Positions 42,635 through 54,266 are shown, counted from the first letter of the stretch. The stretch: DNA of 64,000 bases from Histomonas meleagridis 2922-C6/04-290x (GCA_020184695.1 JAANOX010000218.1:270610-334609), one strand, 5' to 3'. Made by a program: numbers and translations. The notes: generated by a model not told the origin, from the sequence alone.

Positions 42635-45502
42635 TTATACTTTATCAGGCGCATTGTCTTCTTTGAAGTCATTTGCGAAAGGATCTTCTTCGACGTTTGA
42701 CATTGACATTCCCACAGAGAAATTATTTGTTGTTTCTTTATCCATTACAACTTCTTCGGGCTCTTGTTGACTGCTTATATTCTTTTTATTTCTAAAGCGA
42801 ATTAATAAAATCACAAGCAATGAAACAATAATTAGAACGACGACAACTACGACAACAACCACAACAATAATTGTTGTGTTCTTATTATTGTCATTTGTAG
42901 GTTCATTTTGATGTACAAGTGTAAAGAAATATGAATAAAACCCATAATATGATGAATAAACTATTATAGTATAATCATAATAAACAACAACAGTATCAGT
43001 GAAAACATATTTCGAATCAATGTTTAAATATGTTTTCGTTTCATGCATAAAATAAGATATAGTTTCTGTTAATGAAATTGACAATGTATAAGTAAATGAA
43101 ATTGTTAATGATAAATTTGTATCATATGATAGTGATGATGGAAATGTATTTGATTGTGAATATGTATTCGACTGTGTGAATGTTAATGTTGCTGGAAGAC
43201 ATTTATCAATTGTTGTATCTTTAGCAACATCAAAATTATAAAATTTTTCATCTTTATATGTGTTTTGTACCATTACTGTAGTCGAAATATTATAATAAAA
43301 TACATTTGAGCCAAAATTTGGTTCTTGATTACCATAAAAATATATACATTTAATGTTTGGACATTGATCGAATGCACATTCATTAATACTTGTTACATTT
43401 CTTCCAATACTAATTGTTGTCAAATCAGTACAATAACAAAATGCATAATAACTAATTAACGTAGTTGAGTCAGGAATTATTACGTTGTTCAAACGAGAAC
43501 ATACCATAAATGATGATTCACCAATTGTATTAACATTATTCATTATCAGACTGGTTAAATTACCACATGATTGAAATGCTGATATACCAATTGTTAAATC
43601 ATTTCCTTCAATTATTACTGTGTTTAATTGTGGACATAATTGAAATGAATATTCACCAATGGATGTAACTGATTTAGGAATTGTAATATTTTTCAAATTA
43701 TTACAAAAAGAAAATGAATATTGTTCAATTTCAATAACATTTTCACTAAAAATTACTGTTTCTAAATTAGATGAATTATAAAATGAATAACTTCCAATTG
43801 TTGTAATAGTATTTGGAACATAAAAAATTTTATTTGTTTTTCCTGATGAATAACAAATAATTGTATTTAATGATTTATCATAAAGATTTCCATCATTATC
43901 ATAATTTTTATAATTCGAATTATTTGATGATACTTGAATAGACTGAAGATTTCCACAATATGAAAATGCTGTATTAGAAATTGATGTAACTGAAGTTGGA
44001 ATTATTATATTTGTTAACTTATAACATGATTGAAATGCAAAGTTTCCAATAGATTGAACATTATCACCAATCATTACTTCTTCTAAATTATAACAATAAC
44101 GAAATGCATAATTACCAATGGATGTTATAGCATTATGGATTGTTATCTTTTGTAAGTTTTTACATGATTGAAATGCTGAATTATCAATTATTTCAACTTG
44201 TTCAGGGATATCATAAGTTTCCATAATATTTGCTGGTGGATAACAAATGATTTTAGTAATATATTTATCATAAAGAACACCATCATTATCATAATTAGAA
44301 TATGCCGAATTATCATTTGATACTTGAATAAATTGAAGATTTACACATTCTTGAAAGACATTATTACCAATTGAAGTTATTGATGCTTGTACATAAAAAT
44401 TAATTAATTTGGTACATGAACGGAATGCATTATCTTGAATTGTGGTAAGATTTCCTTCAATATTTAATGAATCCATAGAAGAACAATTATAAAATGAATA
44501 TGTACCAATAGAAATAACTTTTTCTGGAATTGTAATTTGTGGTAAACTATAACAATTATAAAACATATAACCGGAAATTGTTGTTATTTGATTTCCTAAT
44601 GTGATTGTTTCTAATGATGTACATTCATAAAATGCATAACTATTAAGCCGTGTAACTGTGTTTGGTATATTAATACTTTTTAATGATCTACAATAAGAAA
44701 ATGCAGAATCATATATTGATCCAACGCCATCTTCAATGGTTACTTCTTCTAAACTCGTACAATAACGAAATGAATAAGAACTTATTGTAACAATGTTACT
44801 TGGAATGTTAATGCTCTTTAATGATGAACATGAGAAAAATGTATACGTCAAAACATCACTAATTGTACTCGGAATTATGAAATTGGTTAACTTTGGACAA
44901 TTATAAAAAGCATATGAACCAATTGAAGTAATTTCACTGAGTATATTAACTGTTGTTAAAACTGAAAAATCTTTAAACGCATTAGATGGGATTTCATTAA
45001 CACTTCCGGTAATATTTACTATGGTAATTATGTCCTTATTTTCTGTCGTAAATTCTGTGTCACTTGTTATAACTAATGTACTCTCTTCGCTTTGAAATGA
45101 ATGGACAAAAAAGATGGAAATCAACAATGGAATTAAAATATTTTGGTTGTATAGTTTTGAATTTTTACTGGCGCTATAACGATGATATAAAGATGAATGT
45201 TTCTTTAGGATATATGTTATATATATAATAAAAATGGTGTTAAAAAATATTAACAAATTTGATTCATGAAATATGTTGTTAAATATTTGAATATGGTTCA
45301 TAGACTCACGTTTAATTTTAATGATAAAATCATATGAATAGTTTTGCTTTATATTTGAGTAAATATTTTTCCATTTATTATTAGAATTGTTTTGATGATT
45401 TAGTTTCAAATCATTTTGACACCAAATTTTTTGAGAGTCCATCATGAAAGAAAACCATAAAGAAGATGTGACGATAATTGCAGTGGGAAGAGAGGATAAC
45501 AT
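42635..45502 (-). CDS. BspA LRR surface protein with an extended hydrophobic N-terminus
   Basis: TpLRR repeats, NDGVLYDK..KIICYP inserts, T/S/Y stalk, TM IIVVVVVVVVVLIIVSLLVILLI, acidic tail EEDPFANDFKE; first ATG at 45502. Confidence 0.9.
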   Translation of the reverse strand: MLSSLPTAIIVTSSLWFSFMMDSQKIWCQNDLKLNHQNNSNNKWKNIYSNIKQNYSYDFIIKIKRESMNHIQIFNNIFHESNLLIFFNTIFIIYITYILKKHSSLYHRYSASKNSKLYNQNILIPLLISIFFVHSFQSEESTLVITSDTEFTTENKDIITIVNITGSVNEIPSNAFKDFSVLTTVNILSEITSIGSYAFYNCPKLTNFIIPSTISDVLTYTFFSCSSLKSINIPSNIVTISSYSFRYCTSLEEVTIEDGVGSIYDSAFSYCRSLKSINIPNTVTRLNSYAFYECTSLETITLGNQITTISGYMFYNCYSLPQITIPEKVISIGTYSFYNCSSMDSLNIEGNLTTIQDNAFRSCTKLINFYVQASITSIGNNVFQECVNLQFIQVSNDNSAYSNYDNDGVLYDKYITKIICYPPANIMETYDIPEQVEIIDNSAFQSCKNLQKITIHNAITSIGNYAFRYCYNLEEVMIGDNVQSIGNFAFQSCYKLTNIIIPTSVTSISNTAFSYCGNLQSIQVSSNNSNYKNYDNDGNLYDKSLNTIICYSSGKTNKIFYVPNTITTIGSYSFYNSSNLETVIFSENVIEIEQYSFSFCNNLKNITIPKSVTSIGEYSFQLCPQLNTVIIEGNDLTIGISAFQSCGNLTSLIMNNVNTIGESSFMVCSRLNNVIIPDSTTLISYYAFCYCTDLTTISIGRNVTSINECAFDQCPNIKCIYFYGNQEPNFGSNVFYYNISTTVMVQNTYKDEKFYNFDVAKDTTIDKCLPATLTFTQSNTYSQSNTFPSSLSYDTNLSLTISFTYTLSISLTETISYFMHETKTYLNIDSKYVFTDTVVVYYDYTIIVYSSYYGFYSYFFTLVHQNEPTNDNNKNTTIIVVVVVVVVVVLIIVSLLVILLIRFRNKKNISSQQEPEEVVMDKETTNNFSVGMSMSNVEEDPFANDFKEDNAPDKV

Positions 45503-45752
45503 TTGGAGAATTATGTCAAACTGACAAAGTATTGAATACTTTACATATATAATTTGTGTAGTTGTTTTCAATAAACAACAGCAGTTTACAGTTTGGGTTA
45601 AATATTGAAAAAGTTTGAAAGCTTTACACAAAAAATTGGACTTTATCGCTAACAGGATGACTCCATCTATCAATTACAAACTATAGTTTTTTTCTTAAAT
45701 CATTAAGAAAAGTATTTTTATTCATATAAATATCATTTTTGTCATCATATCA

Positions 45753-46463
45753 TTATTGGTTATTATTTACTGGCTCAACCCTGACTCTGTATATTTGTCT
45801 TGCAACTAAACCCATTCTAGAGAAAGAGTTGAGAATTCCAATGAAGAAATTGCCAATTGCTTGAGGAAGCTTTTGTAATAAAGAGTAAATCTTTTGGTAA
45901 AGCATACCCCAAATCTGCTGGTGGAAGCAATCTGTTGCGTACCTATAGAGAATAAATCCAAACAAGTAAACGAAGGATCTAATGAATACCCAAATCATTG
46001 ATCTTCGGTATAAAGCAGGCATCATCAAAGTCATTATTTCGAATGTTGCTAATAAGGATTGTGCAAGTGGTGGGTTTGTCAACTTGTTATATAATGATTT
46101 AATTTTGTTGGAAAGATTCTGATTTGTGATGATTGGTGCATAAGAAAGAAATTCAATTACTCTATACAATGATGTGATTCCTGTTGTCAATGCCCATGAA
46201 AGAGGTGAGCCCACAATATAAAACAATAAGTTCATTGCTATGAAATGAACAGAGTAATTCATGAAAATACGATTAGCTAATGTTTGATTAATTTTTGATG
46301 GTGTTCTTAGTTCATTATATATTAAAAATATATGAAGAATTGTGGATGTTGCCAAATAAATATTTGAATAAAATGGATTTTTAAAAGACAAAATTCCAGC
46401 AAAAGTTGTGGCAGCTAATGTCGCTAAATGAAGCGTTCCGTATAATAATTGAATAGTGTTCAT
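45753..46463 (-). CDS. Multi-pass membrane protein, TMEM33/Pom33-like
   Basis: Several hydrophobic helices; FILYRY..D..HQQIW resembles the TMEM33 C-terminal motif. Confidence 0.5.
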   Translation of the reverse strand: MNTIQLLYGTLHLATLAATTFAGILSFKNPFYSNIYLATSTILHIFLIYNELRTPSKINQTLANRIFMNYSVHFIAMNLLFYIVGSPLSWALTTGITSLYRVIEFLSYAPIITNQNLSNKIKSLYNKLTNPPLAQSLLATFEIMTLMMPALYRRSMIWVFIRSFVYLFGFILYRYATDCFHQQIWGMLYQKIYSLLQKLPQAIGNFFIGILNSFSRMGLVARQIYRVRVEPVNNNQ

Positions 46464-46886
46464 TAAAATATGTGAAATGACATTTCAAATTGTTCGGCCA
46501 AATTTGTGCCAATCGTAAAACCGTTTACGATCAAGTCACCTAATCACTTTGCAAAGTGTGTACTCATCATCATTCATTGCATTGATTTATGAAACATATG
46601 TGTTTTAAGTAGAAGCTCAACTAAACAAATTATTTAAAAAAAAATAATCAAATTTTTATTGATTCCTAAAACAAAAAACTTTTCTTTATTAATTTAATCA
46701 ATAAATTATTGTAAATTATTTATTTCAAAAGTAATAAAAAGCATGTGTTTTTTACAGATGCATTTATGCACCAAACAATGTTAGATAAATGAAAATTTCG
46801 AAATATATGAAAGATCTTACGTAAATGATCAAAAATGAGAAATAAATTATTTTTTTAAACTTTATTAAAATCATGAAATATGTAAG

Positions 46887-48356
46887 CTACATTGGAATAT
46901 CTTCGGTGTCTTCTTCAGAATCATTAGGCTGTAATTTTAACATTGTTTTTATTGGATTGAACAAAAATATAATTGAAAAAAATGCGCCAAGTATATCAGC
47001 ATAAAAATATGAGAACATTATTCTTTTTGGATTATCTCTTCCAGTGAAAAATAGAATACTAGAAATCACTGGTAATCCAAAGAACTGTGAAATTAAGTTC
47101 AATAAAGATGCTCTATTACCAAGTTCCATTACTTGAAGGATAGAACAAGCCACTAATTGAAATGTTGCTAATGGACACAAATATGTTGTTGGAGGAATCA
47201 TTAGTTCCAAATAATCTAAAAAAGTTTCGTCTTTTGTCCAAAATTTCGACATTATTCTTGGAATGAATGAAAATAATGTTCCTAAAATAATAGTCCAAAT
47301 TTCACTAATAAGAAGAAAGTAAATTGTAATTCTTTTCATTCTTTTTCCATTTTTACATCCATAAGCATATGAAGCTGTTGACATATAACCATGTGAAATT
47401 GCTTTAGGTAATGAAGAAATAATATGGAACACTCTCATTACTACATGAAATGAAGCCATAATTTCAATTCGAACATCATGTGATTTGGGACAAAGTGATA
47501 AATATTTTTGAATTAATGCTGATGGTAAGATATCGGATATATGACTAATGAATGCTGAAATTCCTGTTGAAAATGCTGATTTTGTTTCGATATCAAATCT
47601 ATCATAAAAATTAAAATGTTTAAAATCAAGTAAATTTTGTCTATATAATATGATTCCTAAAATCAAAGCAATTATTCCTTCAGCAATAATAAAAGATAAA
47701 TTTATCCCCCATATACCAGAATGAAATATCATCAATATCAATGGTTCAAATGCACAAACAGCAAGAACACATGATATAAATCTTGAAAATCCATATAGAA
47801 GTGATTTACCTTTTGCTAAGAATATACTACATAAAAGAACAAAAATAGAATGAGGTAAAAACCCAGTACATTGAGGAATAATATAAATATAACCTGCTTC
47901 TCTTAATTTTATGTTCATCCCAAAAAAACTCATTACAGGACTTGTTAAAGGAAGGATTAAAATTGGGATAATGAATGATAGAATAACACATATAACTATA
48001 AAATCCATAATCACTTTTGGTATTACATCTGTTGATTGAGTTCCATAAAGATAAGGTATTCTTGAAGTAATTGATGTTTGAACCATAGATGTAAGTCCGA
48101 AAATAATATTTTGGAGTACAAATACTGACCCTACAACGCTTAAACCAAATTTACCAAAAACATGCTCAATTATTTTAGTATTAAGTGCACCAATACCAGC
48201 TGTTCCTGACTTAGACATGAGTGGTCCAAGAGACATCAGGAAAATACTTACAAGTGGTGAGTAACCTCCAAGTTGATGTTCAGTATGCTTTTTTCCATTT
48301 ATCTTATGTTTACTTGAAAGCGATGATAAATCATCATTGGAACTCGATTCTTTCAT
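46887..48356 (-). CDS. MATE-family efflux transporter
   Basis: About 12 hydrophobic segments in two halves; SIFLMSLGPLMS...FGKFGLSVVGSV; typical parabasalid MatE architecture. Confidence 0.85.
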   Translation of the reverse strand: MKESSSNDDLSSLSSKHKINGKKHTEHQLGGYSPLVSIFLMSLGPLMSKSGTAGIGALNTKIIEHVFGKFGLSVVGSVFVLQNIIFGLTSMVQTSITSRIPYLYGTQSTDVIPKVIMDFIVICVILSFIIPILILPLTSPVMSFFGMNIKLREAGYIYIIPQCTGFLPHSIFVLLCSIFLAKGKSLLYGFSRFISCVLAVCAFEPLILMIFHSGIWGINLSFIIAEGIIALILGIILYRQNLLDFKHFNFYDRFDIETKSAFSTGISAFISHISDILPSALIQKYLSLCPKSHDVRIEIMASFHVVMRVFHIISSLPKAISHGYMSTASYAYGCKNGKRMKRITIYFLLISEIWTIILGTLFSFIPRIMSKFWTKDETFLDYLELMIPPTTYLCPLATFQLVACSILQVMELGNRASLLNLISQFFGLPVISSILFFTGRDNPKRIMFSYFYADILGAFFSIIFLFNPIKTMLKLQPNDSEEDTEDIPM

Positions 48357-48668
48357 TAGTGATATGTTAATTTAATTTGCTATTTTTAATGGATGATGAA
48401 ATACACAAATTTTGTGAATGTTTCTGTAAATTCGATGTAATCGGTGGGAAAACCTTAAAAATTGATAATTTCTTTTATTTCATAATAAAATTAATTTTAA
48501 TCATCATATTTATCGAACGTTCAATTCCACTCTTAAAAGTTAGAACATTTTAAAACATTTAATAATTATCTTTAATGATAAATCTTTTACATTTGTAAAT
48601 GTTTAATCATTTTATTTATTATAAGAAGAATAAAAGTAATTTTTAATTCAAAAGCAGGCGCTTCTTTT

Positions 48669-49238
48669 TTACTCAACGATGTGTGTCTTTTCAGAGATGT
48701 AGATACCATCGAGGAACTTACGAAGATCTTTGTTGTGGATGTGTGTATGTTGATGGATTTGTGCGCAAACTAATGAAACCTTGTCAATATCATTGCCTTC
48801 AATCCAGATTTCTTCCTTTTGGTTAGGGCTGTCCATGATCTTAACACCTTCTGGAGCAATGACTGATTTCTTTTCACGTTGACCCATGAAGTGAGTAAAG
48901 CTGAAAGAATCTTTGTTGTCACCAATGGAATGCTTGATTGGGAAGTGAGCTGTAACAAATCTCATCTTGTAGCGATATCCTTTTGTAACACCAGTTACCA
49001 TATTTTTGATATGGCCAAAAAGTGTTCCAATACGTGCAACAAGTTTGCGGTTTCCAAACCAGCAACGAGCCAAAACAGTTTTCTCCTCAGCATTGTATTC
49101 AATATCAAGTTTGAGATGAGAAAGATCACGAACAAGTGTTCCGCGTGGACCTGTAACAGTAACAACACCTGATTTGATGGTAATTGTAACATCTTCCTCA
49201 ATTTTAAGATGATCTTGATGGAGAACTGGACGAGGCAT
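48669..49238 (-). CDS. RPL9: 60S ribosomal protein L9 (uL6)
   Basis: VTVTGPRGTLVRDLSHL, NMVTGVTKGYRYKMRFVTAHFPI, KDLRKFLDGIYISEK; high-expression codon bias. Confidence 0.97.
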   Translation of the reverse strand: MPRPVLHQDHLKIEEDVTITIKSGVVTVTGPRGTLVRDLSHLKLDIEYNAEEKTVLARCWFGNRKLVARIGTLFGHIKNMVTGVTKGYRYKMRFVTAHFPIKHSIGDNKDSFSFTHFMGQREKKSVIAPEGVKIMDSPNQKEEIWIEGNDIDKVSLVCAQIHQHTHIHNKDLRKFLDGIYISEKTHIVE

Positions 49239-49245
49239 CTATCCC

Positions 49246-49267
49246 AAAGGGGAACGGCCATAACCGC
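49246..49267 (-). promoter_or_regulatory. M3 (GCGGTT) plus M5 (CCTTT) core promoter of RPL9
   Basis: Sense strand reads GGGGCGGTTATGGCCGTTCCCCTTTGGGATAGATG. The M3/M5 pair is established for Trichomonas ribosomal protein genes. Confidence 0.75.
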
Positions 49268-49390
49268 CCCCATAATTCACTTGGTGTGTTTGAAAACAAG
49301 AAAAATAACGATAGATTTTATTTGAGTGAAAAATAATCGTTCATAAAAATTAAAACACAAATACTTTCATAAAATCAGCGAAAACACAAT

Positions 49391-50290
49391 TTGTTTGATA
49401 CCAGATTCCCATTTTCTCATAATTATGTAATTTGTATGTTGATTTATTCAGCATTTACAACACAAAAGAAAGAACAAAATTTATATCTTCATTATTTAAA
49501 TGTATCACAAAAAAATGAAAAAGATTTAGACACAGAAAATCTAAAAATCATTGATATGTTTAGTAATTATTTAATTAAAAAAGAAATACAAGGACCTTTT
49601 ATTCTTTTAGATAAAATGATTGAACAAAAATTAGTCAAATTACAAATTACCAAAAAACTTCATACAAAAGCGGTAAGCCTGTGAAAATGGAAATAATAAA
49701 GATCCATTTAAAAAATATTTTTTAGATAATTATGAAGAACTTTCTAAGAACAATTGGGAGCTTCATAAGAAAAATGTAAAGGAAGGACATAGTCCAAATG
49801 AAATTGTGAAAATAATTCGAAACGATGAAATAGAAAAACTTCAAGAAATATCATCACAAATTTTGATTTTAATCAAATAATTTCACCATCACCTTATGAA
49901 AGATATGATTTTAACAATCAAGAAGATGTTTCATTAATTGATTATGCAGAATTTTTTTCTTCAGTTAAATGTTTTAAATATTTACTTATGAATGGTGCAA
50001 AAGTAAGATATACTGGAACATATGCAGTTGCAGATGGAAATGAAGAAATCATTCATTTATGTGAACAAAATAATTCATCATTTAAAGATGCATACAAAGC
50101 AGCAATTATGTTTCATCGAAATGATATCTTTGAATATCTTTATGAAAATAAAATAGAAAAATTAGATGAAAATAGATATTTCTAAACAATATTTGGAAAT
50201 TATTTAAATTATTTTTTACAGGAATTATTTATGCATCTTCAAATTGGCGCATAGAAATAGTTAAATTAATTCATAAAGAAAAAGAAATTA
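49391..50290 (+). pseudogene. Degraded DUF3447-type ankyrin paralogue retaining a spacer 3' end and a terminal module
   Basis: Fragments NNWELHKK..KEGHSPNEIVKIIRNDEIEKLQEIS, SLIDYAEFFSSVKCFKYLLMNG and YAVADGNEEIIHLCEQ in several frames, then ATATTTGGAAATTATTTAAATTA followed by FFTGIIYASSNWRIEIVKLIHKEKE. Confidence 0.85.
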
Positions 50291-50775
50291 ATAAAGGTTG
50301 CGAAGCTGAAATCATCAGTTTTTAGTTTAAATAAAAATTACAGCATTTTATTACTTTTTTTCAATATGGTTCTAAAATTAATATCAATGCGATTTGAACA
50401 CATTTTATAAATTTATTAAAATACTTTTTACTTTCGAAATAACTTAATATCAACAAATTTAAGTAAAATTTTTTTTATAACATAAAACAAGAAATTAAAT
50501 CACCTATTGCCTGTTAAAATCATGCAATTCACTAAATTACCTATTACATGTTGTTATCCTGCAATACAAGTCATTAAATGAAGAGAAAAAGCTTGCTAAT
50601 GATGAAAGGAAGACAGATATTATAGCAGAAATTATTGAATTACGCAATGCTGTGATTTCATTGATCCAAATATTGTCAATAAATTAAATTAAATTATAAA
50701 AGTTACTTGAAGAAGAAACAGTTCGCCATGCTGAATGCCAAAACTTGCTTGATTATCGACCGTTTAAAATTTAAA

Positions 50776-52698
50776 ATGCAAATTGATCTATTTCAAAATA
50801 AGAAAACAAAACTAGTAAACAATATAAATCTAAGCAACCATTCACGCTTGATTAAATTTGATCCTATAATAAAACCACAATATATAAATTCATCAATTCT
50901 CAACTTCTTCGAAATCAAGCCAAATATTTTCACAGTTTATTCCCTTACAGACAATTCATGCATTGATTATGATTTTGGTACAAATTTTTTTCCTTTAATT
51001 TGCACCGATAATTTTACAAATAAATCGAGTTGTTATATTTTCACAACAAATGGGGAAATTATTCATTACACAGATGAGGGGTTTGAGTTAAAACCATGGA
51101 AATACACAAACTACACAAAAGCCGATTGTTTTAATAACATATTATATTTAGCCAATGACAAAGAGGTTAAAATATTCACAGATTCCAAACCGAAATCAAT
51201 TAACATATCCCGTGGATCACCTATAATTAGTTTTATAGCCATGGAATATTTTATATGTGTTTTATATCAAAACTCCGAGATTGTTTTTTATGATACCAAA
51301 AAGGATTCAATCTTCCGAAGCCAATTTCTTAATCACATCCCCATCAAATCTGCCAGTCTTACCTTAATTGATGATGGATTTGTATTAATTTCGATTGACT
51401 CGAATTTATATTTTTTAGATTCCTATTCCCCCGGTTATTATTGTACGCTTGATCTTCATGATTCCAAATTTATTTCTGCCTATGGAACTCATGAACATAT
51501 TTATGTTATTGAATCTAAGGAACAAGTTAAATATTTTTGCGTTTATAATTATCAACTTATAAATTCTCTTGGCAAAGTTGAACTTGAAAATGTTAATGAA
51601 ACTTCTAAAATTTTTATTGAATCTTCGCATAAATTATTTATTTATGATGATACAAAATTTATTTCGTATTTCTTCCAAGAAAACAAAACAAATGAAATCG
51701 AAAAAACAATTGAAAAAGTCTTCGAAGATTTCGATGTTAATATTAATGAAGATTTAAAGACGAACATACGAAAAGTAACATATAAAATCACAGAAAATGA
51801 TATATTAAATGAAAGTGTAATATTAAATATTATTAATTCATTACAAATCAATAAAAACAATGAAACGAAAGTTGTTAAATCGTTATATATTGAACACATT
51901 TTATTTAAAGATTATATCACACAAAGTTTTAAACAAATATTTACGTTGTTAACAATTTTTAATGTGTTTCCAATGGATAAAATGACAATTAAATATAAGG
52001 CTTCAATTAATACACTTTCATTAATATATTATACAATGTATAAATTTGTTAATTCCGAAATATACTTAAAAGTGAAAATGATTCCATTTAATTCATTCGA
52101 ATCTTTTCGAGAACAAATTTCATATTTTTTATATGACTCGAAATTTCTTCATTCACTTGAACCAATCGATTGTATAATATTTTCTTCGATTTTCGAAGAT
52201 TTTATGTTCCCAATTCGTTATTTGGATTTAGCAATTGCATATTTAAACATTAATGATATTAATTCGTTCTTTAAAACTATACATAAAACAAATTTGAAAA
52301 ATATTCCTAAAAATATCATTTTAAACATAATAAACATTTTGTTGAAAAACCAAAACTATGAACAATGCGAATGGATAATAAATAATTCGTTTGATAATAA
52401 CGAGAAAATAGAAAACGAATTTTTGATTCCTTTGATGCAATGTTACATTTCAAATGCAAAGTTCGATATGGCCGTTGCATTGTTAATGGAAAGGATTAAG
52501 GACAAAGAAAGTGTTACAGAGGAAATCGTGAATTGTTTGAATGGTTTGATTGAAGCATTAGAAATTAATACAATGACACAAATTTTGATAATGTATCCTT
52601 TTAATGAGTTCCAACGAAATTTCGTTTGTGAGATTTTTGAGAAAGATGGTAAGGAAGATATATCAAGAACCATAACACAAACCTTGAAAAAAAATTAA
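50776..52698 (+). CDS. Hypothetical protein with beta-rich (propeller-like) N-terminal half and helical C-terminal half
   Basis: Uninterrupted ~640-codon ORF; family not recognised; ATG at 50728 is an alternative start. Confidence 0.7.
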   Translation: MQIDLFQNKKTKLVNNINLSNHSRLIKFDPIIKPQYINSSILNFFEIKPNIFTVYSLTDNSCIDYDFGTNFFPLICTDNFTNKSSCYIFTTNGEIIHYTDEGFELKPWKYTNYTKADCFNNILYLANDKEVKIFTDSKPKSINISRGSPIISFIAMEYFICVLYQNSEIVFYDTKKDSIFRSQFLNHIPIKSASLTLIDDGFVLISIDSNLYFLDSYSPGYYCTLDLHDSKFISAYGTHEHIYVIESKEQVKYFCVYNYQLINSLGKVELENVNETSKIFIESSHKLFIYDDTKFISYFFQENKTNEIEKTIEKVFEDFDVNINEDLKTNIRKVTYKITENDILNESVILNIINSLQINKNNETKVVKSLYIEHILFKDYITQSFKQIFTLLTIFNVFPMDKMTIKYKASINTLSLIYYTMYKFVNSEIYLKVKMIPFNSFESFREQISYFLYDSKFLHSLEPIDCIIFSSIFEDFMFPIRYLDLAIAYLNINDINSFFKTIHKTNLKNIPKNIILNIINILLKNQNYEQCEWIINNSFDNNEKIENEFLIPLMQCYISNAKFDMAVALLMERIKDKESVTEEIVNCLNGLIEALEINTMTQILIMYPFNEFQRNFVCEIFEKDGKEDISRTITQTLKKN

Positions 52699-53032
52699 TA
52701 AAAGAATTTATTTGCCAAAAAAAACGTTTAATTTTTGAATGCAAATTTTTTTGTGTGAACGTTGCATTTTATGACGTGGGATTTGAATGACTTTACGGTA
52801 CCGGTTATTTGATTTTGTGTTGGGATTCATCGTCAAAGTAACGCATAGAAATCCTTTGAAAAAGCAATTTTATGACAGTTCAATTTCCACGCATTTAATT
52901 TAATGAAATTTGTTTTCAAAAGCGTGGCTCTTCCATTGAAAAAATAACCAAACTTTTTGTGGGAAATAATGCGTTGAGATCGTTGGAAAAAAATACAAAA
53001 TTTATGATTTATTTCTTATTTCTAGAAACATA

Positions 53033-53872
53033 TTAATTTGCAGTGGCTGCTCTAGTCCACTTACAAAGTTTTAAGTCTTTTTCGGTGGAATTCTTAGTGA
53101 ATTTTCCTGTAGAATGGGTAACAAATCTTACAACAGAAAGATCAGCTGGGCCCCAGTTAAGAGCTCTCGATAAATTGTCACTATCTCTAAAAGATAACTC
53201 AGTAAATCCATGTGAAGGAAAGTTTCCTTGCTGATGGAATAGACTTCCTTCAATGGTTTTAACTCCAAGAAGCCTTGCAAACGCTTCCCTGTGAACTCTT
53301 ATGATGGTATCTGTGGCCCATTCGATTCCAATGTGTGGAATAAACTCTGGCATCTTCTCGCTAAGCTTTAATGCGTTGTATAATTTGTATGTAAATTTGG
53401 TTTGTGATGAATTTCGCTTGCGGAAAAAGGAAGATACGATGCTGCCAAATGGTACTTGCTCGTTTTCCCATGCAGTTTTTGGAATAAATCCTAATTCATA
53501 TGGATTAATGGTAATTGAGCTATCATTTATAAATTCGTCGAATGTCATTTCACTGATAGGCTTTCGTATTTGAAACCTTGGCATTGATGCAACAACATTT
53601 CTTGTATAACTTAAAGAAACTAACGAAATGTTTGTTTCGTTTTCACTACTTGTAGCAGCACTTGAAATAGGGGCAGGAGTAAGGTCGAAAAGATGAGTAC
53701 TTTGAGAGAGTGGATAAGCACTAACTAATGGAAATAAAAAATTACGTTTTGTTGTGGTCGGTTGGCATCTAACAACCTTATGTGCTCCTCCCTGTTGTGT
53801 TCTTCTTGTCTTTGCTGGGCTATTGAGCAAAAAGTTGATATCATGGATTGGTGCAGTTCTGCTTTCAGTCAT
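53033..53872 (-). CDS. Parabasalid-type putative DNA-binding protein (IBD/HSF-like winged-helix domain)
   Basis: FTYKLYNALKL...IGIEW...IRVHREAFARLLG...GSLFHQQGNFPSHGF, recalled as a parabasalid family motif; S/P/T-rich N-terminus. Confidence 0.5.
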   Translation of the reverse strand: MTESRTAPIHDINFLLNSPAKTRRTQQGGAHKVVRCQPTTTKRNFLFPLVSAYPLSQSTHLFDLTPAPISSAATSSENETNISLVSLSYTRNVVASMPRFQIRKPISEMTFDEFINDSSITINPYELGFIPKTAWENEQVPFGSIVSSFFRKRNSSQTKFTYKLYNALKLSEKMPEFIPHIGIEWATDTIIRVHREAFARLLGVKTIEGSLFHQQGNFPSHGFTELSFRDSDNLSRALNWGPADLSVVRFVTHSTGKFTKNSTEKDLKLCKWTRAATAN

Positions 53873-54266
53873 GCAACGTTGTATTGTATAATTGAATACC
53901 TATAAAAAAACAGTTTTTTTTTTACTGGGAATTTGGCGCAGGACTTTTTGAGTGAAATAATCGAAAGTGACGTTTCAAAAGTGCCATGAAGTTTTGTAAA
54001 CAATTATATTTTGAATGCCCGTTCAAAACTGTGGTAAAAGTGACTTGCAATTTCAATCGAAGGGTTTTTTTGTTGTAAAATATAATTGGTTGTAAAAACT
54101 GTCGTTATCTGGGCAGATGATTGGTTAAGCCAAATTTTTTGATGTTCTAAGAAATAACCCAAATTATGATGTTTAATAAAGTAAGTTTGAGATATCAATT
54201 TGGTTAATTTGCTGATTATGAAAAATTGAAAAATGATTTATTTATATATATAAAATCAACAAAGAA

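Noticed and set aside
52740-53030. Possible snoRNA or ncRNA in a moderately GC-rich convergent intergenic region
   Set aside because: No convincing C/D or H/ACA box pair or terminal stem found by eye.
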